A stretch of 64,000 bases of DNA from the NCBI GenBank assembly GCA_964247055.1, contig OZ176051.1, forward strand, positions 14,756,001 to 14,820,000, in the 5' to 3' direction. The position numbers and the translations under genes are program-made. A model generated the notes under the pieces. That model worked only from the letters and a program-made list of their open reading frames with translations, ran no database searches and was not told the origin of the DNA. Shown in pieces: positions 39,957 to 53,412 of this stretch (position 1 is its first letter; the number at the start of each line of letters is the position of its first letter). The stretch is from Paragordius varius (lineage: Eukaryota > Animalia > Nematomorpha).

Positions 39957-42900
39957 TGATATGTAGTTGATATTACAACATTGCATCATGTATTTTTATC
40001 TTACATCATATTAATATATTAATCGCGTTTGGCGTTTATGTTCGTTCATTATTCGTGGAATCATATATATATTCGTAGAATAAAAGACATATTTTTACAA
40101 TTGTGACGCACTTGCACGTTAAAATTATCATTAAAAAAAGTATAAATATCACGAAATATTTAATAAATTATCATTGTTTAGTTTTCAAGATTCATAGTGA
40201 CATATTAAATAAAACTGTCGAGACGAAACACAATAGCGCCTGAAGAAATAAATGCTATTAAAATGAAAAAACCGCTTTAGCTAATTATAATCCCGAGATG
40301 GTTAATAACTCTTGTAACTGTATTTTAAATCGCCGAATATTATTCAATATTAATTTATTGGAGTTTTGATTTATAAGAAAATTCAGGAAAAATTAACTTA
40401 CTCACAATATCATATTTCAAAAATTTTGACGCACATGCACGTTAAAATTATCATTAATAAAAAAGTATAAATATCACAAAATTTTAATAAATTTTTATTG
40501 TTTTGTATTTTCACCAATTTACATCTTATTTGGCGACGATGGAAAAAATTTCAATCGAAGGATACGATGACACTTACGATTTTGCCACCTATATCAGATA
40601 TGTCAAAAGAGTTATGATCTCCAAAAATGTTGCTAAAAATGATGATAGTATCAATATACTGTTTTTGGCTGGAGCTGGTCTTAAAACACTTAATAAGATC
40701 GAAACAATGATTTTTCCGGAATCAATTGATGATGGTCCTTGGTCTATAATTCATGACATTGGTCTTAAACTTTTCTCAGTCTGTCTTCGCTGCAAGGTTT
40801 AATTTGCTCATTTGGCGGAAAAGGCTGAATTTCCAACAGAGGTGGAGGAGAGAATTAGAGAGAGTTTTGTGGCTGGATTAAATTTACAATCATTAGAAGT
40901 GGATCTTTATTCCCGATTCCCCGATGTGAAGTGTGATGGGAAGGCGGTGTCATTAACTACCATTGTCGACATGGCCGCTCAGGAACTTGCAAGGGCCGAT
41001 ATTGCCTCCCATGTGTCGTCAAGCAGTATCCTCAAAATTCAAAAGAATCGGTCGAATGATAATGATAATTATAAGAGTAATAATATAGAATATAAAAAAA
41101 TGATGATCGCAATAATAATAAATGGAAGCGGAGATGTGGCAAATGTGGTAAATCGCATATACCAAAACAATGTCTCTCGTTCGGAAAATATGCCACAATT
41201 GTAATAAAAGAAATCATTTTCAGCCAATGTGTCGCCATAAAAAACGATATAAGGATAATATAAACGCTAATTATAATAAATGGGGCACACAAGCGAACAT
41301 TTGCGCTACGATTAATGGCCAAGCTGTCAGTATGGTTTTTGATACTGGAGTTGCTGCTTCTCTGATTAATAAAAGTGTCTGGAAGACGGTGGGAGCACCA
41401 AGAGTGCTCCCAGATTAACTTCCTACGGACACAATCCAATCAAACTCTTGGGAAAAACAGTTGTCAATGTAACAATGGGAAATATTACGAAGAAATTAGA
41501 ATGTTTTGTGACGGAAGAAGAGCTATCTCCGATATTTGGGCTGCCTTGGATCATTGGTTTTGGCATGACCTTACCGGATAACGTGAAAGTTAATCAAGTA
41601 ACATATAATAATAATAATGGTCATAATGATGTATTCAAGCGATTTCCAAAACTCTTTAACGGGAAATTGGGTTGTTATAACGGTGATCCCGTCAATATGT
41701 CCGATCAGATGCAATACCAAAAGACTGCGCTGCACGGCGAATTCCATGGTACTACAGAGTTCAGTAGAGATGGAAATGCAGATACTGATGGACCTGGGAA
41801 TAGTGAGTCACGTTGATCCTACACAAACCATGTGGAATGGGCGACTCCTACGGTTAACGTCGTAAAAACTAATGGGGAAATTAGGGTGTGCGCTGATTTC
41901 CGGGTAACTATCAATTCTTTGATGGAGTACATATCTCAGATTATCCCGACATTTGACCCGATCGCGTCTAAATGTGCGGGATCCACATGGTTCTCGTCCA
42001 TTGATTTAAAAGACGCATACCTTCAAATTCCGGTGGATGTGGAAAGTAAAAAATATTTATACCCCGATGGGATATTTTCAATTTAATCGCCTACCATTTG
42101 GATTGAAGGTTTCTCCCATGCTTTTCCAGAGAATAATGGATAAGGTACTCAAAGATTGCAGGGGCACAATGGCTTATCTTGACGATGTTTTGATTGTTGG
42201 TAAAACGAAAGATGAACATGATAAAAATCTTAGCGAAACCCTAACAAGGTTACAAAAATGCGGGTTTACGTTAAGAAAAGATAAATTATAATTCCATCAG
42301 AAGAATATTAAATTTTAGGGTTTTGAGTTATCAAATAGGGAATTCGCCCTGTACAAGATAAAATAGACGCCATTACTAAATGTGCAACACCTACCAATAA
42401 AACTGAGTTAAGATCCTTTTTGGAATTGCTCAATTATGAATACATGTCAAGGTTAGTAATCTAAATGCACTAACAGGATCCAAAAAGGAATGGAGATGGT
42501 CAGAAGAACATCAAAATGAATTTAAGCAAACAAAAAACTAATATCAAGAGAATCTTTTCTTGCCTATATAACAAAAATAAAAAACAATAATACAAGTGGA
42601 TGCGTCTACAAAAGGCTTTGGAGCCGTACTTCTGCAAATGGAGAATAAGAGAATGCTACCAATTGCATTCGCGTCAAGAAAATGCCAGAATGCAGAGAAA
42701 AATTATTCTGTGATTGAATTGGAAACCAAGGCTTTGCTATTTGGTTTAGAAAAATTCCATTATTATATTTATGGACAGAAATGTGAGGTCTGGTCAGATC
42801 ATAAGCCGTTATTTATTTAACAATCGGAAGTTAAGTGATATTAAAACTGTAAATTGTTAAGATGGATCTACAAGGCCGCCGCTAATGATTTTGATATGAA

Positions 42901-44248
42901 ATATATTGCGGGATCGACAAACATGGCCGATGTGTTTTCAAGACTTCCCGAAAAGTGTCAGACATCATTAGCCAATGATGATGAATATGTGGCCGAAAAA
43001 ATCCGACAAATCGCATTCGTGGATTTAAATACAAAAAAAAGATTGTTTGGAGGATAAACTGTTAAAACGACTACGTATGGCACTTAAAAATAATGATTGG
43101 TCAACACCGGAATTATCCGCATTCAAACCCGTTAGAAATGATCTTAAACAAGCCGATGGTTTCGTATATGTTGGTGATCGGTTGGTTATCCCAACAGCTG
43201 CACGAAGACGAATTTTGGCTTGGTTTCATGTTGGACATCCGGGGATCGTTGCTATGAAAAACACAGCCAGGTCGTTGGTGTTTTGGCCCGGAATGGATAA
43301 GGACATTGGAAAGTTAGTATACGACTGTCAGTGTTGTCAGAGGAACAGGGCGACTGAGAATCCGGTATATAAATGGAACTTTGATGTGGAAATATAAGAA
43401 AGACTTCATGTGGACATCGCAGGTCCCATGTGTGGTAAATAATGGTTGGTTTTAATTGACGCGTTCTCAAGATGGGAGGTGGAGATACTTAGCAGTACTA
43501 CATCTGATGTGATTTTGAAACAATTGGAGAAATGGTTATCGTCTTATGATTTTCCAAGAATGCTAGTATCTGATAATGCTATATATTTCAAATCGTTCAA
43601 TTTTCGGGAAAAGATGACAAACTGGAACGTTAATTATGTGACATCTGCTCCTTACCACCCAAGGACAAATGGTTTAGTGGAAAGAGTGATTTATACGTTG
43701 AAATCAAAATTTCGTTCTACGATGATGACTGGCGTGAAGAGTCAAGAGGCTTTAAATGTTTTATTGGCCTATCGAAATTCATGGCATACGAGATAAAGAC
43801 GACCCCCGCATCGTTGTTTTTAAAGAGGAACATCAACACACCGTTGAATTAGTTGCAAGATAAAGAAACGCCTAAAGAAAGTACACCACCAAGACCCTTA
43901 AAAGAATTTACACCTTATCAGTCAATATTTATAAAGAACGAGATATCTAGAGGATGGCGACCGGGTACGGTTGAGGTAAGGACGGGGCCGTTATCCTACG
44001 AAGTAAAGGATGAAGATGGAAAAGAGATGAGGAAACATGCCGATCAACTGAGGTCGGATGGTGAGCAGAGTGAGGCCCCCAGGCGTTACCCAGATCGAGT
44101 CCGCAAACTCCTAAGCGTTTTTTAGAGGAGGAAGAGAGTGATATGTAGTTGAAATTACAACATTGCATCATTGTATTTTTATCTTACATCATATTATTAT
44201 ATTAATAGCGTTTGGCGTTTATGTTCGTGCGTCATTATTCGTGGAATT

Positions 44249-44293
<45 letters not shown>

Positions 44294-44402
44294 GTAGAAA
44301 GATTGTTACAATTGTGACGCACATGCATGTTAAAATTATTAATAAAAAAGTATAAATATCACGAAATTTTTAATAAAGTATCATTGTATTTCAAGATTCA
44401 TA
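39957..44402 (+). mobile_element. Ty3/Gypsy LTR retrotransposon (Mag-like lineage), inactive
   Basis: LTRs start TGATATGTAG (39957, 44139); 5-bp TSD GTGAC (39952-39956, 44403-44407); PBS-like TGGCGACGA (40531-40539) with gag ATG at 40539; PPT 44124-44138. Domains in Gypsy order: CCHC knuckles (ICHNCNKRNHFQPMC), protease (FDTG), RT (YLDD), RNase H (DASTKGFGAVL), integrase (HVGHPG, IDAFSRW, SDNA, PYHPRTNGLVER). Heavily frameshifted. Confidence 0.93.
44139..44402 (+). repeat. 3' LTR with expanded (TA)n
   Basis: Follows the PPT and matches 39957-40196 apart from a longer TA tract (44251-44290). Confidence 0.9.
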
Positions 44403-45549
44403 GTGACATATTAAATAAAACTGTCGAGACGAAATACAATAGCGCCTGAAGAAATAAATGCTAATAAAATGAAAAAACCGCTTTAGCTAATTATAATCCC
44501 GAAATGGTTAATAACTCTTGTAACTGTATTTTAAATCGCAGAATATTATTCAATATTAATTTATTGGAGTTTTGATTTATAAGAAAATTCAGGAAAAATT
44601 AACTTACTCACTATATCATATTTCAAAAAACTTGTATTCCAATTTTATTGTTACGTTTGAGATTACTTATAGTACTCCAAAATTCATTTTGTCTTGCCTA
44701 ATAATTATTTTATATACATAATATCTTTATATTTTTTACATTTCAAGTTAATAAATGCATCTTTATAATAATATTGTTTAATAAACTAAGGTAAATGTTT
44801 TCTATTTTTAAATTTTTTCGTTATTAGAGTTTTGTATTTCATATGTTATTGTAATTCTCCAGATTATTTTACTTAATATGAGCAATATATATAACTAATA
44901 GTCTATACAATATTTGATTTTATTTTTTTATTGACTCAAACCTTCAAAAATGTGTTAAATATTATGATTACCTCAGACAACACGTCAATACTTAAACAAT
45001 ACAATTTAAAGATATCTACATAATAAATGTAATATTATATGCTAAATATTTTTTGCAAAAAACGTTTAAATTGCTAATTCATAAATTTCACAATTTATAT
45101 AATTTATTAAAAAAGATTAAAGAGTAGTTTCAAAAAAAATATTTACATTTAAATACTTACATTTTCTTAGTATAATTTTAATTTTATTGTAATTTAACAC
45201 AATAAATCATATAATAATAATTTTGGGTCGGATAACTTTATACGCTTAATTAGGGTAATATCAATTTCTAATTGTATCTTTACAATCAACTAGGTGCGAA
45301 AAAAATAAAAGTATAACAAAAAAAAGATATTCTATAAAGATAGCAGCATAATAAACAATTGAGTAAACTCAATAGGTTGTTATTTCTAATTATAAAATCT
45401 CCAAGAAATCAATCATTTATTTTCGTTGTTATTTCTTTCATTTACGAAATTTTGTTATTATATCTAACCTGCGTATAAGGTTACTTAATAACAAATCGCT
45501 GAATTACACAATCTTTATTTTCGATTAATAAAGTACAAAATTTTTAGAT

Positions 45550-46380
45550 ACTTTTTGCGTCTAAAATAATATAATCGAAATACTAACCTCATATCTATAG
45601 CTAATGGTAAATTTAAAGTATTGTACTTCTTAATTGGTATTGGGTATTTTCAATTTCTATATGTTTGACATTATCTTATTCCATTGATTATACTAAGGTT
45701 AATTAAAAGTGATGAGTACATCTATTAATCTACATTTACCTATTGAGTTAAAAAAAATTCTATTTTGAAAATGAAGTAGATATGGTTAAGTTAGCTATAT
45801 GTTTCTTATAAGTCATTTATTAAAATAATTGGCTATCGTATGATTCATTATATAACGAACGCTACTATAGGCCATATTTATGTTGCCATTATTTTATTAG
45901 TGACATATTAAATAAAACTGTCGAGACGAAATACAAGAGCGCCAGAAGATATAAATTCTATTAAAATAAAAAACCGCTTCTAAATAGAATGAAATGGTTA
46001 ATAATAGCTCTTGTAACTGTATTTTAAATCGCAGATGACATATATTAATCAATATTAATTTATTGGAGTTTTAATTTATTAAAATATTCAGGAAAAATTA
46101 ACTTACTCACAATATCATATTTCAAAAAACTTGTATTCCAATTTTATTGTTATTGTTATCAAAGATTATTTTTAGAAATCCAAAATTCATTTAATTTAGC
46201 ATATTGATAAATTTTAATTTACTTGTAGATTTAAAACGCTAGACAAATTCAAGTTAATAAATGTATCTTTATAATAATGTTGTTTAGTAAACTAAGGTAA
46301 ATGTTTTCTATTTTTAAATTTTTTAGTTAATGGAGTTTTGTATTTCATATGTTATTGTTTTCTCCTGATTTGGTACATTT
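45550..46380 (+). repeat. Second copy of the segment into which the Gypsy inserted (empty site)
   Basis: Matches 39590-39956 joined directly to 44403-44880, with a single GTGAC at 45900-45904. Confidence 0.85.
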
Positions 46381-46560
46381 ATTTTACTTAATTCTATACA
46401 TTCATCAATCGAAAAATTTCATGCAAATGTTGCAAAAGTAAAGGAGCCACTTGTATCTAGTTACGGTATTATAAAAGAATATTTAGTTTTGTTAAATTTA
46501 TTATTATGATGTAATTCTGTCTTGAATGTTTACCTTTTTTTACATTAATATATAACATTT

Positions 46561-48112
46561 AATAACAATTTTGACTTTTTTTGGTGCCATTCTTGTCAAT
46601 TTAAAATTTTTTTATTGAAGTACATAAATGGAAAATCTGAAAAAAATGACTTAATACCTAAAAAAACTTTTATTAGGGTTTTTTAAATTTTTTTGGCCTG
46701 AAACATTAAACTCGAAATTTTCAAATTTTAAGTTTTAGATATAGAGTCATGTGTTTTATATCAGAAAGAACGCAAAAGACAGAATCTTTTAAATGGTTAG
46801 CCATTTAAATTAATCTGATGTAAAAGTTATTTGGCTATATATGGTCAAAATTTTCACACACTAACTAATTTATAAATTATTTTAATATAATTAATAGGGT
46901 TACAATAGTATAAAATTTAAAAACAATCTTTGAAAAAGCTTTTGGTTTGCTTTAATAGAAATTATTATCAAATTTTACCTAGTGGACACTTAAATGCATA
47001 GTTATAACACTTAATTTATTATATAATGGCTAAAAGATCAAGAATACCTTAAAGAAATTGTGAAAATTATATGGTTTTTTTTATCTATGATTATTCTTAT
47101 TAATTGTATTTTGATTTTTGGGTATTTTTTGTAAAGCGTGAAGGCCAGACCTGTCCAGTCGCTGCACAGAGGTAGGGGCATCAGGGATAAGTAATGTTGT
47201 AGATTGTGTTTTGCCAGTATAAATGTTGGTTCGTTAAAAAGGAAGTTATATGATTTAGTTGAAACTATGAGGGTAAAAGCTAAATTCCTTGTGCATTGAT
47301 ACCGTGGAAACGGCACTAACACGTTAAAGGGTTATTAAAAAATGTTTTATTCAGGTTCACGGATGGTTATCCAAGATTTGCCAATCAAGTAATCGAAGTT
47401 AGACGTGCTGACAGTAGATTATAAGTGTCGACAAGGATCTGCGCAAATCGAAGTAGTAAAAAATCAGGTTGGTTCAGAGATGTCTATTAAGGTTTAGACG
47501 ATATCAACATAAACTGTTAAATAATAAAGTCAGAAATAGGTTTTGGATTTTTAAGGGATATTTTTGCTTGAGAAAGTACTAAAATTAGTGTAGAGGGTAT
47601 CAATTTTTTTCCGGCAAAGTCCACCATACAATCCGATATATGTACGAAGTTTAGTTGAAAAGCTTATAGAAATAAAGGTTGCATAGAATAATAATTGAAG
47701 GCGTTTAACAGAATACCAAGGAGTACATGGTGACCAAAAACGTTCCTGAATGTTATGATTCATAAATTAGTTTGTCTGTGAAAATTTTTGACTCATGTAA
47801 AGGTTGAAAATTCATAAAAAGCCAAATAACTTTTACATCGAATAGATTTAAATGACTAACTACCATTTAAAAGATACAGTTTTTGCGCTCTTTCGAATGA
47901 TATAAAATACCTGTTTCTATATCTAAAACTTTTAATTTTGATAATTTTGAGTTTAATATTAAAACGGTGTCAATTTTTTTCGATAAACCCTAATAAAAAA
48001 AATTCTTAGGCGTTAAACCATTTTTTTTTTCAAATATTCTATTTATGTAGTTTAATGAAAAATTTTCAAATTTACAAGAATGGCACTGGAAAAAAGTCAA
48101 AATTTGTTGTAT
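46561..48112. mobile_element. Long-TIR (foldback-like) element with >300-bp inverted arms
   Basis: The left arm TTTGACTTTTTTTGGTGCCATTCTTG...GATGTAAAAGTTATTTGG (46570-46835) is mirrored by CCAAATAACTTTTACATC...CAAGAATGGCACTGGAAAAAAGTCAAA (47822-48103). Confidence 0.75.
47135..47760 (+). mobile_element. 5' fragment of an RTE LINE (endonuclease region), decayed, nested between the foldback arms
   Basis: RLCFASINVGSLKRKLYDLVETM, YRGNGTNTL and ANQVIEVRR match the N-terminus of the 20.9-23.7-kb LINE (FASLNVGSL, YRGNGARTL, SNQVKEVRR). Confidence 0.75.
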
Positions 48113-48359
48113 TGTTATTTAGGAGAAATATAGTATAACGATAAAATAATATTACCAAAAATAGATCTTTGGTATTTTTTGCAATGGCCACTATCGTTAT
48201 ATATGTTGACGTGTTTCGCTTATAACTTGGACACTATTCAAAACAAATAAATATTTTTAATTTTGTTATATAATTTGTTAATACCTGAAAACATATTTTG
48301 CATTAAAAAAGTTGTGAGGACTTTATTACAATTGATTTAACTTAAATTCAGCATCATCT

Positions 48360-48902
48360 TTAAGAGTGTCCTTTGCCACTTCAAGTTGAACCTTGAACAC
48401 TTCAAGCTAATCCTTGAACACTTCAAGTTAATCCTTGAACTTTTTTTGTTTTGTTTTTAACTTTTAGCAATCAAATCTATCATTCATCTATTTTTTCATT
48501 TTTACCCTATTCTATATATTCAATATTTAATCAATATATTATTCTTTAGAAACCGCATATCTTTATAAATTGCATTAAACTTATTTTGAATATTTTTAAG
48601 TTTACAAGTGTTTAAAAAGTATATAAGTTTTTTAATACAATTTTTTATTTAAAACAACTATAGTATAATTTTATTGAATTTGATAAAAAAAAAATTTAAT
48701 TAATAAATATATAATAAAATAATAAAACATAAAATACATGAAAAATTAATGGTTAAATCCAAATTCAAAAATTTTAAGGACCAACTTATGTGTTGAAGAA
48801 TTAACACTGAAGTCTTCACAAACTTGAGGTGTTCAAAGACCAAATTAAAACGTTCAAAGACCAAATTCAAGTGTTCAAGGACCAACTTGAAATGCAAATG
48901 GT
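48360..48902. mobile_element. Element with inverted arms built of 21-bp repeats (GGACCAACTTGAAGTGTTCAA)
   Basis: Repeats in reverse orientation at ~48366-48440 and forward at ~48778-48895, ending GCAAATGG|TA. Confidence 0.6.
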
Positions 48903-50019
48903 ATATCTTCAACAGTATTTAAACACTCTGCGTATAAAAAAATATTGAGATTCGGCCATACATTTGCAATATATGTATTATCTCTTTGGAAAATGCCATC
49001 CATAAATACACCCATATTTTATTACGTAATTAATTTATTACTTTATTTAAATTTTTTAGGCAATAATTACAATCGGCACATATATAATGGGTATTATGAT
49101 AACAGCTACACAGGTAGTTATTATGCATTTGTGTTTTAAACGCTTTATTGCATGTGACAAATCATTACCATTCTTATTTCTTTAGCTTTCTTATATCCAA
49201 TAATTCTAATATTATTTATGGTTCAAAAGCATGGTTTTTTGTAAGTTAAATAATTATCTCGATTTAAAAGTTCCATTACTCAACTATTTGATGTTGACGG
49301 TAAATTGATATTTAGAACTTTGCTGGAATATTTAATTATTATTATAGAAAAATATCAAATTTTTACAGTTTTTTTGGTTTTGGACCCTACGCCTTATTTA
49401 AGAAGTTATATCCATTTCAGAGGTAATTGCTCCATAAACAAAAAATCTCCTATCTGCTCACATTATTTTAAATTACTGTAAAATTGAAATTATACGGACA
49501 AAATGTAAAAATATCCAGATAAAAAAATTTTTTCAAGAGACAACCGTACTTTTTTAAACCTTAATTTATCCCTGTCCGTATAAATTATATTTTTACTTTA
49601 TTTTTTTGGTGAAAGTCACAGGAACCAAATAGTTAACAGATCTTGGATTCAATATACGAAACAATTATGCCAAATTATTTTGAGCGTGCACTGCTAAATT
49701 CATTGTTAAATGTGAGGTTGTTAAATGATGAAAAGAGTTAAAAACACTAAATTACACATAAATCGCTATCTATACGATTCGGTGGTGCTAAGGATATTAT
49801 CAACAGAATTTTTAAAAATTCGGCTATTAAATAAATATTTTAAAATAGGATTTCATTTTATACGCTTACAACTATTATAATTTAACCACAATAATGTATA
49901 TTTTTTTACATATTTGTTAACGATCTATTTTTAGGACAAAAAATAAAAATATATTTTTTTCATGAATCACTTTTAAAAAATAAAAAGATAATATTGATTT
50001 TAGCTCTTGCAGTTTCCCT

Positions 50020-51080
50020 TTTATAAGATTAAAGTTGTATTGCTAAATAGGGCTTAGAAAAGGAATTTTATACTGTATTGTTTTTATATATTACCCGTAA
50101 CATGAATACAGTTAGAAAGAAATATGACAAACCTGATTTGTTAAACATGGCTGGATATTCTCAAAATAATACTTCTTGTAATATGTTTTGGGATTGTGGA
50201 CAATCATCAATTGAGCCTCGATTGGGTATCTATTCTTCGCTCTATAATTTGTTTGCTATGAAAAAATTGTTAAGGTTTTATGATAATTTTGGTTTGTTCG
50301 TTTGCACATTTGCAACGGATAACATCATAATGACCGCATTTCAAATTTAGTTTCGGAAAACGTTTACAGAAAAATTAATAAACAATTTTGAAACAACAAA
50401 CAACTCAGTTTAATAACTGACAGAAAAGCTATTATTAAATTTTAAATAAATATATGTGTCTTTGCGATCTCATATTTATTTGTGTAATTTTTGAAAGGCC
50501 TTGGATGCGGTGTTTTAAATATATCCAAAGGTTTGGAAAATCAAACGGATATATTAGCATCATTAGAAATTGATAATCTCCAAATAAACGCTGCAGAAGA
50601 TAGATATATGAGTAAAGAATCGAGCCTACAAAATTTGATTAATGGGGATTGCATGTCAGATAATTGTGAAAAAGAAAACGGTATTTTTTAATCAAAAATT
50701 TTCATTTTATATTATTATTTTACAATGAAAATGATATTATATATACAAAACGGAAAAAAGGACAATTTTTTATAAAAGACAACCAAATGGTTTTTATCAA
50801 TATATCTTAATTATTTAAAACTGTATAGAAGACATGTATTTTGGCAATACAATCACATATAGATTTACCCTGAAATTTATAAAAAAAAATATTTGTTTTT
50901 ATAATTTTACTTTTATAATTTCATATTTACTGTAATATTTTTGTTTGGTTAAACCACATTTGTAAATGGATTAAGCAATACAATATAATCAATTCGAATG
51001 GATTTAGATATGAACAATAATACCGATTCAGATTCTCCAGTTGACTGCAAACTATCTTTTAAGCCATATTTCGATGGTAA
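50020..51080 (+). pseudogene. Probable decayed ionotropic (glutamate) receptor/IR-like gene (M1-M3 and S2 region)
   Basis: In order: VLFLYITR (M1 end), FWDCGQSSIEPR (pore/PRS-like), FGLFVCTFATDNIIMTAF (M3 YTANL-like), DRYMSKESSLQNLINGDC (S2 YAFLMES..EY...C-like). Similarity judged by eye only; multiple stops. Confidence 0.4.
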
Positions 51081-53412
51081 TTTATTTGTTTAATCATTTA
51101 ACCTAAGTGTATAATATTAAATGAGACTTTTTCAAAGGAACATTTGATTTCAACGCTTTTTTCAGCAATTTAATTAATCAACTTATAAACAAATTTGAGT
51201 TGTGATTAAATAATATGTTAGCTTTTCCTAAATATTATGTATTCAATTTTTGAAATTTGTTTTTTAATTGTCATTGGACACCTTATTTTACATTGTTTAT
51301 TCGTTATTTTGATGATAATAAATTTATTTTTAAAGTCAAGTCACCACAGAAAATATTGATGGAAAAATATCGTCAACTCGAGGAACATGATGATCAATAG
51401 GCTTTTTTATTAAATACATTTATGATCATGCTCTGTCAATTCTGTCAAATTAATAAATTTTGAGGTATAATTTTTTAAATTAAAGCAGTATAAAATCTAT
51501 GTCTGAAGAATACCATTTAAAGTAGCAAAGACAATATTTTTGAATAAATACACCGTGCTTAGAGCGCACATTATGTAAAATTTTTGATAGCAATTTAATA
51601 TTTTCGTTTAATTTATATGCAGTACTAATTAAAATTATACAGACAAAAAATAAAAGAAAACAGCCAAATGTTTAAACCTTTATATATACCAAAATGATTA
51701 CAATTGTCAAAAGTTGAGAGTGTCACCAATTACAATTCCATTCCTCTTTGCGCACAAAGCTATTTGGAAAAAAACCCCATGCAACCGCTTGCCTCTTAAA
51801 AAATATCTAAAAATACGGGCCCGTTGTTGAGCAGAGGTGTTGTTAAATTATTATTATTATAGGAAGGTTGTTGTCGGATTATAATAATTTTAAAATATTG
51901 GGCCCTGTTGTTGGGCAGTAAAGTAGAATTGATATTATGATTATTAGCATTTTGCAAATATTATTGCAAACGTTCTTTTATTTTTTGTGGGGTATACAAT
52001 TTTCGTTTTTTATCTTGAGAATTGCCAAGTTTAGGCATTCTTGATATTAATAATTTCATTAGAATAATTATTTTTCTTAATTGAACTATTATCCTATCCT
52101 ACCGTTCCAGATTATACAGAGCGAACGGTTGTAATAAAATTAAAAATATTAAAATTATAGCATAGTAAAAACAGGGATTTAAGCGGAACCGTTTTAGGGG
52201 CCGGTTCCAAGCCAGTTTTTTCTGATTTTGGTTCCTGTTCCATTTTTTTAATAAAAAATTTTTAATTCCAAAACAGTTTTACTATATTTAATTCAAAAAT
52301 CTTAATTTTTCTTTTTTTGAGGCAGCAGATAAACAAATTATATAAGTTAATATGTGTTTAAACGTAACTCTAGTTCACTTATCAATATTGATTTACAAAA
52401 TATACTGGATGGCCGCCATATGTTAAAACACTTTAAGCTGTGTGGTTCATTGGTTCATTTTGTATATTAAATAAACATGAAAATAGATGTATCAAAATAA
52501 ACATAAATCAAATTTGATACCCCTCTAATGGATAAATAACGGAATAATCAAAAAATATTTTTTATTCAAGAAGAAGAGAATAAAGTTGCAATTGAGCAGC
52601 AAAAAATGGTTGTAAGGGAAACAAAAAAAGAAAAAATAATTCTTATAATATAAATTTTAAATTTAAAATTTTTTAACATAATGGGTGGCATTGAGCAAGT
52701 AATATATAAATCTGAAAGAAAATTAACATAATATTTATAAAGATTTTATCCTTATATCTGGCACTTTGGTGATTTAAAGTAAATAGAAGGTAGGTTCCAT
52801 GAATGATATAACTGGCTGAGGTTAAGAAAGGTAGGCGCTTAGATGCAATGAAGTTGGTTAGATTTATATATTAATATTACTAAAGGAGAATTCTGATCAA
52901 GAAAGTTTACTAACACTGATAAGTGGGTGATTTTTTATATTTATTATTTATAATAACACTGTGCAACAAATTTTATCCTTTTCTTTTAGACCAGAGTGAA
53001 AATTACGACATCTTATAGAGAATTTTTATCTGAAAATAATGATATATTTAATATTTTCCTAGCACTTTTTCACGAGCCGCTAAAAGGTTTCAAAAATCCA
53101 AAAACCATCAAAAATGCCTCTTTTTGTAACCCTATAACTTTTTAAATTATATAGCTTATTATATTTTTTTGGGGGGATATTACAAATTATATTTTAAAAT
53201 TCATGTAACATTTTAAAATTTTTAAAAGTCTCTACTACTTTTTGATTATTTGGAAAAAACGAAACTTAGCTCCAAAAAAATAGCGTTTCAAAACAATGAA
53301 AAATTAAGAGACATACTGGCATCATTTGATTGACAGCTTTTCATTATACATTACTAAAATAATAAAATTTAATTGCTTTTTTATAAATATGAAAAATAGT
53401 ATATATATTTAA

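Noticed and set aside
41032-44171. Minus-strand ORFs at 41032, 43252 and 43947
   Set aside because: Antisense shadows of Gypsy gag/pol.
47551-47763. Minus-strand ORF with TYIG, suggesting a GIY-YIG (Penelope) endonuclease
   Set aside because: The opposite strand matches the RTE endonuclease, so this is an antisense shadow ORF.
48700-48912. Leucine-zipper-like heptad ORF (also 62444-62677)
   Set aside because: The periodicity comes from the 21-bp DNA repeat; no evidence of coding.
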